Below are positions 41,592 to 52,942 of a stretch of DNA of 64,000 nucleotides, piece after piece (the first letter of the stretch is position 1; the number at the start of each line of letters is the position of its first letter). The position numbers and the translations under genes are program-made. Source of the stretch: Octopus sinensis (Eukaryota); assembly GCF_006345805.1 (NCBI RefSeq), contig NC_042999.1:111042001-111106000 (forward strand). Direction: 5' to 3'. The notes under the pieces are model-generated. The model was given only the letters and a program-made list of their open reading frames with translations, had not been told where the DNA came from and ran no database searches.

Positions 41592-42990
41592 GTAACTGTT
41601 CAGCATTTGTCAGATTGAGGTAAATGTCTGTTGCATCACCTGCTACATCTCTGTGTTGCTGGGTTGCGTGCAGCATTGTGTTCTTTTCTGCAGTTGGGAG
41701 TGTGCAATCTCTTCCCGGTACTGTATTGTGTTAACTTTTTTCTCTTGAGGTGTGGTGCAGTCTTTTGTTATGTTACTGCTTGTATTGTATGTTGAGTGTA
41801 TAATGCATAGGTTCTTTGGCTTGCTGGTGGAAGTCTATTTCACTGGGAAATTGCTGTATAGAGTGTGTCTTGTATTTGTGAGTTGTTTAAGTTGTACTAT
41901 TGGATTGATAGTGTCTTGCGTAGTACGTCGACTGTTCCCAGAAGAGCTATGTTTTGGACAGTGTGTAGTGTTGGGGATCCAGGTATAATTTCCACGTTTT
42001 TATTCATATGTATTTTTAGCATACCCAGTGATCCAATTATTATTGGTATTGTTTTACCTTCATGCCCTACATCTTGAATACTTCAGTTTCGAGGTCTTTG
42101 TACTTAGACAAGTTCTCCACTTCCTTTTGATCATAAGGGACTGCAATGTCTATCAATAATCAGGTGTGTTTTTTTCCAAACTGTTTACTTTGTTGTGTCT
42201 GTATATATTTATTCAAACGTGGCAAGAGATAATGTGGTCAACTGTCTTGTAGTGCTGGTTGCACATTCTGCATTTGGTGTTAGGGCCTGTTTTCATTATT
42301 TTACTTTAATAAATCGTTTGTAGTTAGGCATTGGTCTTGTGCAGCGAGAATCAGTCCTTCCGTTTCAGCTTTTAGTTCAAAGCGTTTGAGCCATTGTTGG
42401 CTTTTACTTAGGCTTACTTCCTCTCTGTCAATCCTTGCAGGATATTGGCCATGGAGTGATTTTTCTCCCCATTTCTTCAGTATCCTTTGTAATTCTATTT
42501 TCATGTTGTTTTTTGTCTTTTTGACTATTTCTGCTATGTTGTCGTCTGAGGCCAGCGCGTCAGTGTGGTTTTGTTACTGCTTTGTATTTTGTCGCCTCCT
42601 TGTGTATAGAGAAAAATGTTTTCTTTTTCTCGTGCTACTTTACTACATGAGGTAGTCTTCCACTTATTGTTTCTCAGTACTTCCCTAATCCAACTGTGTT
42701 ACTTTATAGTAGTTCTCTATCTGTATCAGGTTACGGCCTCCTTCTGAGCGGGATAGATATATACTGTCTGCGGTTGCTTTGGGGGTGCTGACTTCGGTTC
42801 TCTGATAGCAGTTTTCTGGTTTTTCTATCTAGGTTTCTCAATTCACTGATCTTCCAGTTTATTATGTTAAAGCTGTAATTTATGACTGGTATGGCTAGCG
42901 TGTTTATCCCTATTATCTTATTTTTAGCATTAAGTTCAGTGTTTAATATTAGTCTAACTTTCCTGTAATACTCTCTTTTATTTCTGCACG
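41590..42990 (-). mobile_element. R4/Dong-type LINE fragment (third family)
   Basis: EYYRKVRLILNTELNAKNKIIGINTLAIPVINYSF; SLHGQY..LKAETEGLILAAQDQCL; the 3' UTR ends in (AAT)n. Confidence 0.85.
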
Positions 42991-42994
42991 CAAT

Positions 42995-44160
42995 GTTTTG
43001 AACAACGAAGAATTTGTACCGGATTTTTACAGAATTTTGAATTTGTTTTAAACATTTTTTTTTTTTGCAATTGTCTGATAATACAGACATCGACTTGCCC
43101 AAATGCATCAATACATTAACATTGGTATTTTTTTCAATTGTTTTACTGTCATCTAAAATGGAACTGTCAAAGCGCGATATATGAGCAATTTTGCTATTCA
43201 ACTTCAATAAAGGACGTAAGGCAGCTGAAATTGCTCGCGATATTAACGAAATGTTAGGCGATGAAATGACCAGTGAGTGATCAGCTTGAAAATGGTCTAA
43301 ACGATTTCACAGTGAAGACCTGAGCCTTGAAGATCGTGAGCGTAGTGGACGCTCATCTGTCATCGATGACGGTCAATTAAAGACCGTCATTGAGAAAGAT
43401 CGACGTAAAACTACTCGCGAACAGACAAAAGAACTTCAAGTTAGCTATAAAATTGCCTGAAACAATTTGCATGCGATCAGAAAATTAAAAAAAGCTCGAC
43501 AAATGGGTACCACACGATTTCAATGTAAATCGGAAAATCGCCGATATGAAATTTGCTCGTCGCTTCTTCTCCGTAACCAGACCGATCCATTTCTCGACCG
43601 TATTGTAACTTGTGATGAAAAGTGGATTCTGTACTATAATAAAAAAAAGTTCTTCGCAGTGGTTGGACCAAAATGAAGCATCGAAAACCTGTAAATCTCA
43701 GCTCTTCAAAATGAAGGTTATGTTGACTGTTTTGCGGTGTTCCTCCGTCCCAGACTGGTCAACAGAAGAGGGCCAATCATTCTTCATAACAATGCTCGAC
43801 CACACGTTTCACTAATGAAGCTCCAAAAGTTGAGGGAACGTGGCTATGAAGTTCTTCCCCACCCAACTTATTCCCCAGACCTTTCTCCTACTGACTACCA
43901 CTTTTTCAAACACCTTGATGGTTTCCTGCGAGAGAAAGAGTTCAAAAATCAAACCAATACTGAAAGTGCGTTCAAAGAGTTCATCAACTTCAGGACTCAA
44001 GATTTTTATGTTACTGGAATAAACAAACTTGTAACTCGTTGACAAAAATGTGCTGATTGTAATGGTACTTACTTAGATGAATAAAATTTCCACATTGTTG
44101 AAATATATTGTGATGAATTTCATGTTTCAAAACGTTGCTAACCTTTTACTCAGCCTGATA
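42995..44160 (+). mobile_element. Defective mariner element, internally deleted, left TIR truncated
   Basis: ATG at 43158; FLDRIVTCDEKWILY, IILHNNARPHV, HPTYSPDLSPTDYHFF; right TIR ..TTCAAAACGTTGCTAACCTTTTACTCAGCCTGATA, with only GCAATGTTTTGAA remaining on the left. Confidence 0.88.
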
Positions 44161-44246
44161 TTTCAACACTATTTCATATCAAGAATTTTGCACGACAATT
44201 AGACCAATTGCATAAACGTGTGTGTGTCTCTGTGTATATATATATA

Positions 44247-44387
44247 TATATAAGTTTGAGAATTATTAATTTGATGACTTTTTATCTTCTATCTTTCTTT
44301 TTGCATTTGTGATATATATCACAAATACAAAAAGAAAGATAATAGAGGAGAAAAAGTCATCAAATTGATAATTGCCAAACTTATATA
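44247..44387. repeat. Imperfect ~140-bp palindrome
   Basis: Centre GATATATATC at 44311-20; arms TATATAAGTTTG..AATTTGATGACTTTTT..ATCTTTCTTTTTG.ATTTGT pair with the right half. Confidence 0.8.
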
Positions 44388-44588
44388 AATATGTAAATTA
44401 GCTTAGTGGTATGTTATCTAAGCAATGTTTTCTATGTAACTATAAGCTACAATGTCTAGACATAATGAAATGATTTTTAATGCGGGTCCTGCGTTTGAAG
44501 TATACACACTCACACACATATACATACATAGACAGGTGTGTGTGTGTATGTATATATTTATATATAATATATGTCTATGGGTATATGA

Positions 44589-44654
<66 letters not shown>

Positions 44655-45284
44655 ATATAATTATCTTTATGAATCATTATTTAATTAATTAATATTTATA
44701 ATTAATATTCATTATTTATTATTTATTTATTCCACACACTTACATATACGTGGGCATGAATGTACAGGGATGGAAAAGGAAAAGGAGAAATATTATTGTC
44801 TTTATAATGAGAATTTCATGTGCATAACAAATGACAAATTAATCAATGCAACAATGTGTTGCTCAATAATATATTTTGCCTTCGATTGAAATTATGGTAA
44901 AACAGCATTTTGTCATGACAAACTGCTTATGGACCCAATCTGTAGATTGCCGTTAGTGGTCATTGTTTACTTCCCGCCGAGCTTGTCAATTGTCTCTTTC
45001 TTTAGAACCACGTTTTATTTCCAGTTTAGTATTACTGATACAAATGCAGCAGGTGCATGCATAGTCAAATTGATAAGAAATTAATTCCACATCCCGCTAA
45101 GCCAAACCTTATCTAAATGTTTTAGACAAGAGCTTGTGTCGACTTTAGTTAGTTAAAAGAGTGAAATCAGGTCATTGAAAACCGAATGAGAGACCCTTGA
45201 TTTTATTGTATATATAAATCGAGTGTCAGGTTTGATTTTTATAAACTATATCACGCAGATACAGTTCTATATTTAAGAGGAATT

Positions 45285-45441
45285 ATTTACATTATTTACA
45301 TTCGACGGATATCTGTCCTCATCTTGTTTGTTGTTAACACAGCGTTTCGGCTGATATCCCCTCCAGCTTTCTTCGGGTGTCTTGGGGAAATTTCGAACAT
45401 TCCTAAGGTATTTTTCGATGTTATTATTATTATTATTATTA

Positions 45442-45478
<37 letters not shown>

Positions 45479-45556
45479 GTTCAGGTCACTGCTTGGAATT
45501 GAACTCAGAAGCTTGGGGTTAGTAGCCTGCGCTCTTAACCACTACGCCATATGCCC
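45285..45556 (-). mobile_element. tRNA-headed SINE with internal (AAT)n and a 3' minimal hammerhead (45336-45381)
   Basis: Minus strand: GGGCATATGGCGTAGTGGTTAAGAGCGC..GAGTTCAATTCC (A/B boxes), (AAT)n, then GACAC-CCGAAGA-AAGCTG..CAGCC-GAAAC-GCT-GTGTT and a tail ending GTAAATAA repeats. Confidence 0.75.
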
Positions 45557-46899
45557 ACGGACACTACGCCATATGCCCACGGGCGTATGATGTAGTGGTT
45601 CATGTATAGACATTGTAACTTATAGTTACATCGCAACGTTTCTTTATGTCTAGACACTGTAGCTTATACTTACGTAGAAACGTTGTTTTAACAACAAACA
45701 AAATGAGGACAAATATCCGTCGAATGTAAATAATGTAAATAATGTATATCACGCTGATTTTGCATGAGTATTACATTGAAAGTACCAGTGTCTATATGCG
45801 TATAATTCTCAAGAGCTTGTGGTTTAAACGAACATGCTCACTGGTACTTATTTTATGAATCCCGAAAAGATGAAAGACAAAGTCGACACATGCTATAGCT
45901 GCGCCAACATTAAAAGCCCCACGTCACCTAAATGTCCTAAGCAGCCATCTTTCTGAGTAATATGTCGGTTGGACTTTGTTTAACTTCACTTAACAGACAT
46001 GAACAAATGTTTGCAATATTATATTTTCTTTTTCTTTTTTTTACTCGTTTCAGTCATTTGATTGCGGCCATGGTGGAGCACCACCTTTAGTCGAACGAAT
46101 CGACGCCCAGAACTTATTCTTTGTTTGCCTAGTACTTATTCTGTCGTTCTCTTTTGCCAAACCGCTAAGTTTCGGGCACGTAAACACACCAACATCGGCT
46201 GTCAAGCGATGGTGGGGGACAAACACACAGACACATACACGCACACACACACACAAACAAACACACACACACAGACACATACACGCACACACACACACAA
46301 ACAAACACACACACACACAAACGCACATACATATGACGGGCTTCTTTCCGTTTCCGTCTACCAAATCCACTCACAATGCTTTGGTCGACCCGAGGCTATT
46401 GTAGAAGACACTTGCCCAGGATACCACACAGTGGGACTGAGCCCCAAACCATATGGCTGGAAAGCAAGCTTCTTACCACAGAGCCACTCCTGCACCTATG
46501 TTGCCACACCTGTACCTTTAGGACCACTCCTGCGACTTGATAGTCACTCTTGCACTTAATGTACAATGGATACATAAATTTATAATGTGTTAACAACATA
46601 TGCATAATATTGATTTCAAATTATAGCACAGGGTCAGCAAATTCTAGGGAGGGGTTAAGTTGATTACATTGACCCCTGTGTTCAAATGGTACTTATTTTA
46701 TCGAGCCCGGAAGCATAAAAGGCAAAGTCAACTTCGGCCGAATTTGAACTCAGAAAGTATAGATCGACGCATTTTGCCTGCGTGCTAACGATTCTGCTAG
46801 CTCGCCGCCTTAACACAATTATTAAAAATATACGTACAATTTTAGTAAAGTGATAAACGGATAAGTTAAACCAAACACCCGTAAACAGTTGAAAACCCA

Positions 46900-47760
46900 T
46901 CGGCTATTTTGTGTCAGAGTAAACTCATGATATTGCTAGCCAGCAATTTCTTGTAAATGGTGTACCCCAAATTGCCCGTGAGCATTTTTGGTGCTGGACT
47001 GAGAGAAGAATGTACATCTCCCACATCCACTTGATATATGTGCGTTAACTGATCATTGGCTGGTAACCTGGTTTTCGCTAGTTTTTCCAGCACTGTACCA
47101 TTTGAGGCTTCCACAAACTCAGAGCCGTTTTCATCCACAATAAATGGATTATTACTACTTTTTCCTTCCTCTCATTCGTAAACTAGCTCTGTTAATTCTT
47201 TGTTTTTATTTTTACCTTACTTACTTCATCATCATCATCTTCATCATCACCATTCTCAAGAATAATCAATTTCATTCAGTCGGGATGAGATGAACTTCGC
47301 CTCACATTTTTTGCTCTTTCTTGAGATGTGCTCCTTACTTTAGTGAGGATGTTTTCTCTTGTCTTCCCGCTGTCTGCCGTCCCTGATCCTTGTTTAAATT
47401 TTCTATTGTTACGCGGCGATGGAGTTGAGTTGATGGTTTTGGTTGGTGAATTGGCCTTTCGGTTTCCTGATAAGCACTTGCAACCGAAATTGAGGTAATC
47501 TCTTCTGACGTTTCCGGGGCTGTAACTCGTGATGCTGTAGGAACAATAAGGTCCTGTGACATTGTTGGTGTTGATGTCTATGCATCTCTAGGACAGAAAA
47601 TCCTTAGATTATCTAACTTTCTCCCCACACTCGTTAGAAGACACAACGTTTCGTAGTCTTCGTAATTTATCAGAATTTGTATATACATAGACAGCCATCT
47701 GATCACATACAGCCAAAGATCACGTCAGCATTGACCGCACGCTACAAATGTTGTACAACG
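46900..47760 (-). mobile_element. Possible 5' part (UTR + ORF1, perhaps SGNH-esterase-like) of a LINE
   Basis: S/T-rich and acidic open stretches, then KVVII..; ..LPANDQLTHIYQVDVGDV loosely resembles the SGNH THI..HVG.ND block. Confidence 0.25.
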
Positions 47761-47927
47761 AGCTAGTGTCAACTTTGTCTTCAAAGTTAACTTCATTTCT
47801 CTTAATTTATTGTGAAATTAATACGCGAGAAAGTATGCGACGTATTCGTTAGCATATCACTTGCTTATACACAATGCAAATTTCCCCAACTGATCTTTCC
47901 CGTATGATGTAGAGGATTTCGTTGCGT

Positions 47928-47983
47928 ATATTAACCTGATGAAAAGCGCTGATTAGAGTATTGGACTAACACGAAGTTAATAT
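47928..47983 (+). ncRNA. Hammerhead relic lacking stem III and the cleavage triplet
   Basis: ATATTAAC-CTGATGA-(TTAG/CTAA stem)-GAA-GTTAATAT: a perfect 8-bp stem I encloses both core halves. Confidence 0.5.
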
Positions 47984-48094
47984 TAGCTTCATTATAAATA
48001 ATGGATCTCTAAATTACCAACCAGCAGCTAATTAAGATAAGTTGTGAGCAGATAAATAAGAATATCCAAAATGGCCATCTTGAAATATGACAAT

Positions 48095-48128
<34 letters not shown>

Positions 48129-48139
48129 CGTAGTCTATC

Positions 48140-48375
48140 CCTTATGCAGAGTCTGACCATCTTTAGTATTTACACCTTAGATTCATCATGGCGTCTGATG
48201 TCGCTTTTTAAACCAGATAATGCATTGAAAAGACACCCACATAGATGGCATATATGATTTGGACCACCAATAGCAGCAGTTAAGTTCTGATTTTTGTAGG
48301 TCTTAAAATGTTTTTTGAGGCGTCCGTTAGATTTGCAGACCTTATAGCATACACGACATTGAAATGTGTGCACAA
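48140..48375 (-). pseudogene. Two degenerate C2H2-like fingers, probably the C-terminus of an RTE-clade LINE
   Basis: FQCRVCYKVCKSNGRLKKHFKTY..HICHLCGCLFNALSGLKSDIRRH*; no TGEKP linker; His substitutions. Confidence 0.5.
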
Positions 48376-48443
48376 ATATATAGGCAGAGAAAAAGCAACA
48401 TATATATACTTTCATATATATCATATATACACATGGTATTTGT

Positions 48444-48812
48444 GGAGGCGCAATGGCCCAGTGGTTAGGGCAGCGGACTCGCTGTCATAGGATCGCGGTT
48501 TCGATTCCCAGACCGGGCGTTGTGAGTCTTTATTGAGCGAAAACACCTAAAAAAGCTCCATGGTGGTGATCCCTGCTGTACTCTTTCACCACAACTTTCT
48601 CTCACTCTTACTTCCTGTTTCTGTTGTACCTGTATTTCAAAGGGCCGGCCTTGTCACTCTCTGTGTCACGCTGAATATCCCCGAGAACTACGTTACGGGT
48701 ACACGTGTCTGTGGAGTGCTCAGCCACTTACACGTTAATTTCACGAGCAGGCTGTTCCGTTGATTCGGATCAACCGGAACCCTCGTCGTCGTAACAGACG
48801 GAGTGCTTCCAC
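48444..48812 (+). mobile_element. tRNA-derived SINE, family C head with an alternative body
   Basis: Body ..GCTGTTCCGTTGAT.GGATCAAC.GGAACCCTCGTCGTC.TAAC.GACGGAGTGC shared with 53940-54075. Confidence 0.7.
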
Positions 48813-48849
48813 ACATGGTATTTATAACCTAGTTTATATATATACACAC

Positions 48850-48910
<61 letters not shown>

Positions 48911-49078
48911 ATATACACATATATAAATATACACACACGCATATATATATATATACATTTATAAATATAGATATGCATACATACGCACACACATATATAT
49001 CTGTAGGCATATGTATGTATGGGTTTAGGCTTATGAGTATATGTATAAACGCACACTTGTTACACGTATACCTAAACA

Positions 49079-49127
<49 letters not shown>

Positions 49128-49589
49128 GCACACACAAACTATATAGATTGCTTTTTGAGTATGTCAGCAAAAAAGCAACAATTTTTAGACGATGTAGAGT
49201 AATTATCTCAAAGCTATTCTTAGTGGTAAAATACAAAGCTACTATCTTGGATTCCCCATAGTGTTAAGTAGAGGATCAGTTGTTTTCTTTGTTGTTTTGA
49301 TTACGTTCAGCATTGTATGTCCTTGAAATAACGAGGCAATAAAACCATCATTAACAAAATGTTCTTAAACCGTCTCTTAGATTATCTGTTTCCTGAAGAC
49401 CTTAGCGAATAAACAAAAAAAAAGGAACTTAAAAGCATATATATTCGAATAAAATGTAAGACCTCGGCTCATGTGAGAGCAACCGTGAATTTTAGATGTA
49501 CAAGTTAACTCTACCATCATACAAGTGTACTGTGTGTTTGAGTGTATAAATTATATAACAACAACAACAACAGCAACAACAACAACAAC

Positions 49590-49963
49590 AATAATAATAA
49601 TAATACATATAGCCTGTCCAGCTGACAACAAGGTATGCGAGAAGGAAGAAAGAAAACTCGATAGATATGACAGGTTAGCTTGGGAGGTTAAGCATTTCTG
49701 GTCGCTGAAAAAGGTGGTAGTAGCACCAATAACTGTCGGAACTTTGGGAACAGTGAGTAAAAATCTTAAGTACTTGGAACAAATATGGGCTGCAATAAGG
49801 GTGGAGCACTTGCGGAAAACATTGCTTGGAACCGTTTGAATACTCCGGATGGTGCTCGAAAAATAAGGGGTGTTACCTTAGTTCATTGGTAGTGAACAGC
49901 TGTCACCGTAGTACATCTCCAGCATTAGAAGCTGTGCAAAGGCAATAATAATGATAATAATAA

Positions 49964-50002
<39 letters not shown>

Positions 50003-50055
50003 CAACAGTAATAACAACAATAACAACAGCAGCAGTAGCAATAATAATAATAATA

Positions 50056-50093
<38 letters not shown>

Positions 50094-50471
50094 AATGGTT
50101 ATATGCTATATAGTTGATGTTGCCCCTTTGACCCGCGAATAGTCAAGAAGGAGAGCGAAAAGAGAGATAGATACAATCAACTTAAGTACGAAATAGCCCG
50201 GCTATGGAAAATGAAGAAGGTAAAGATAGTGCCAATTATTGTTGGGTCCTTGGGAACAGTATCAGAAGGCATCAAGGGGAATATAAGGGAAATTTAAATA
50301 GAGTGCCCAGTAGGACTGTTAGAAAAGGTTTGTCTCCTTGGCACGGCCAGAATAATCAGGAAAGTATTAGATAGCTGAAAAGAGCGAATAGCATGGTACG
50401 GTAGGCTGCAAGTTGCAAGCTCGTTACGCATGCAAGACTCCAGGAGCTTCAACAAAACCTGCAGTAAAGAG

Positions 50472-50475
<4 letters not shown>
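49590..50475 (+). mobile_element. Two short R4/Dong 3' ends (49590-49950, 50095-50475) embedded in trinucleotide repeats
   Basis: IACPADNKVCEKEERKLDRYDRLAWEV..PITVGTLGTV; IVDVAP.DPRIVKKE..RYNQLKYEIARLW..VPIIVGSLGTV; each is followed by (AAT)n. Confidence 0.8.
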
Positions 50476-50548
<73 letters not shown>

Positions 50549-50801
50549 AAGAAGAATCCTTTCTACTGCAGGCAGAAGGCCTTCAAATTTTGGGGAAGGG
50601 GACTAGTCGATTACAAAGCCCCCAGTGTTTTACTGGTACATAATTTATCGACCCCGAAATAATGAAAGGCAAAGTTGACTTCGGCGAAATTTGAACTCAC
50701 AACGTAGCGGCAGACGAAATAGTGCTAAGCATTTTACCCTGCGTGCTTGCGATTCTGCCAGCTCACCCCCTTAACAACAGCAACAACAACAATAAGAATA
50801 T

Positions 50802-51415
50802 GCGCTGATGCAGTGCCAATGCCCTGATGCAGTACCATGCCCTGATACAGTACCAATGCCCTGATGCAGTACCAGGCAGTGGCTCTCATGGCTTCTGATC
50901 TTAGCTGATTGGAAGTGTTATCATGTACATTGTTTTGTCTTGGTATAAAAGATGGGTTACAGCAAATATTCTGCTCAATACCACAGATTTGCTTGTCAGT
51001 TGTTTGACCTTAACCAGTTGACCATGTCCCTTAGTGGCTGATGATATGTGCATCTCTGATTACGAGCAGAAGTAGTGGGGGAACATCATAGCCATGTGTT
51101 GAAAGAGATTATTTGGGGTTTGAATAATTCACCTCTGGAAATATGGATGGTTCGTTCAACATCCTTAAACAACCACTATTTAGGGACCTTTTAAGCGGGA
51201 TGGGTTACTCGACAAGAAGAAAATTCTAAGTGGGCCCCACCTGCAAGGTCATGTGCTGTTTATCTTGATATGAGATAACCATGTCGCGCACATATGGTTG
51301 TGGTGCATGTGCCTAGTGTACCCTTATCAGACGGGTAGTCATGATGGGTATACTGGGCTTCGTATATTTTACTCTAGTGTCACTTTGATGGCATGCTCTG
51401 CTCTCTCACTCAGTA
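50802..51415 (+). mobile_element. Non-coding ~600-bp interspersed element (family D) with an (AAT)n tail
   Basis: Fragments recur at 36365-36420, 52285-52375 and 63760-63955; the 5' end has four ~19-bp units GCCCTGATGCAGTACCA. Confidence 0.65.
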
Positions 51416-51559
51416 ATAATAATAATCCTATCTACTAGAGGCACAAGAACTGAAATTTGAGGGAGGGTGCTAGTCGATAATACGGACTCCCAACGCCCAC
51501 CTGGAATCATTGGGATTGCAAAAGAATTTCCCGCGTTCTCCCGAAAGTTTATAAAATTC

Positions 51560-51800
51560 TTATGATGTCAACAAGAAACCCACAACATAACACTATAGTC
51601 TTTACAATGTCACATGATAATAGAGTTGCTATCAAAGAAAAATGAAAGCAATGAGAGGTATCAAGACCTAGCCAGAGTGATGAAAGATGTAGAAGAATAA
51701 GACAGCAATTATTTCTGCAGTAATTGGTGCACATCACACAGTACCTGAACTGCTACTTAAGAGGCTGAAAGATATTGAAATTGAAACTGTAATTTTCAAC
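51560..51800 (+). mobile_element. Degenerate RLE-LINE 3' fragment
   Basis: DNRVAIKEK*K..ERYQDLARV..AVIGAHHTVPELLLKRLKDIEIET pattern. Confidence 0.55.
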
Positions 51801-52158
51801 CTACAATATAAAGTTACCAAATATAAAGTCCTGGTAGTTTAAATAAGTTGAATGTGGCACCTGAAGATGGAAACAGTATCATTTGTGGCTGAAACACTTG
51901 GGATCATAATGAAAACAGATAGTGGCTTCCTTGAAAAACTAGCATATACGAAATCTAGAAAATAATTTTAATCAATAAAGGTTACACTCTATTTTGGTTC
52001 TTCTTCTTGCAATCTACATTCTAAAAAACGGTTTTTTACTCTCTCTCCTCTCTTGAGTAGAGAATGAAAAGCCAATAAGACCGGAAGCTGTGTTGAAGGA
52101 TATCTTAGGTTACTGGTTGTCATTCGCCAAGTATTTGTTATCTAGCAGGCATCGAAGG

Positions 52159-52203
<45 letters not shown>

Positions 52204-52204
52204 G

Positions 52205-52240
<36 letters not shown>

Positions 52241-52434
52241 ATAATAATAATAATAATAATAATAACATAGTATAAAAGACAGGCTACAAGAAATATTCTG
52301 CTCAATACCAGATTTGCTTGTCAGTTGTTTGACCTTAACCAGTTCAGCATGTTCCTTAGTGATCACGAGCAGAAGTAGTGGTCCAGCTATCCAACCATCG
52401 TACTGGGATGGATTTAAGTTAATCTTCGCCTTTT

Positions 52435-52942
52435 ATAATCTCTGTTGAAATAAAATTTTTCTTGGGTTTGTAGGGTTCAGTTGAATGGTTAATTAAGTTA
52501 ATTGATTTATGGAGAGGCATTGTGCAAAAATTTTATTCATTACATTTGGAGACATATATTCTTCAGAATTTGTTTATACGTATAGAACTTTCTGAACAGG
52601 TGTATATATTTAAGTGTGTCGGCTTCAGGTAAAGGGATTATCCTTTAGTAGTTCACATAAAAGATGTAAGTAGTGGGAGATTTTGAATAGTGGATGTGCC
52701 AACAAAAAGTCTCCCTCTACCTACCTACATCCTTTTAATGAACGACTCATAATCTGAAGCTGACACACCTAAATATACACACCTGTTTTTAAAGTTCTAC
52801 ACGAATGAATAAATTCTAATTAATAGCATAACCACAAATTTAATCAATAAACATTTTCTCCACAGCACATTCCATACATCCTATCTACCATTCAACTGAA
52901 CCCAACGTACCCGAGAAAAATTTTTTTCTCAACAGAGACTAT
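52435..52942. repeat. ~510-bp imperfect fold-back (MITE-like) element
   Basis: Three paired blocks, e.g. TCTCTGTTGA..GGGTTCAGTTGAATGGT / ACCATTCAACTGAACCC..TCAACAGAGA, and AGAACTTT..AACAGGTGT..GTGTGTCGGCTTCAG / CTGAAGCTGACACAC..ACACCTGTT..AAAGTTCT. Confidence 0.75.

Noticed and set aside
42995-44160. Clean mariner insertion into the Dong copy, or an active transposase
   Set aside because: Left TIR truncated, no Dong continuation on the far side, multiple stops and an internal deletion.
45481-45556. tRNA gene (also heads at 3770, 34800, 48445, 53785)
   Set aside because: A/B boxes are present but acceptor and T stems do not close properly, and each continues into a repeat body: these are SINE heads.
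51855-51905. CACCTGAAGATGG...GAAAC hammerhead candidate
   Set aside because: Stem II does not pair and there is no NUH triplet or stem I partner.
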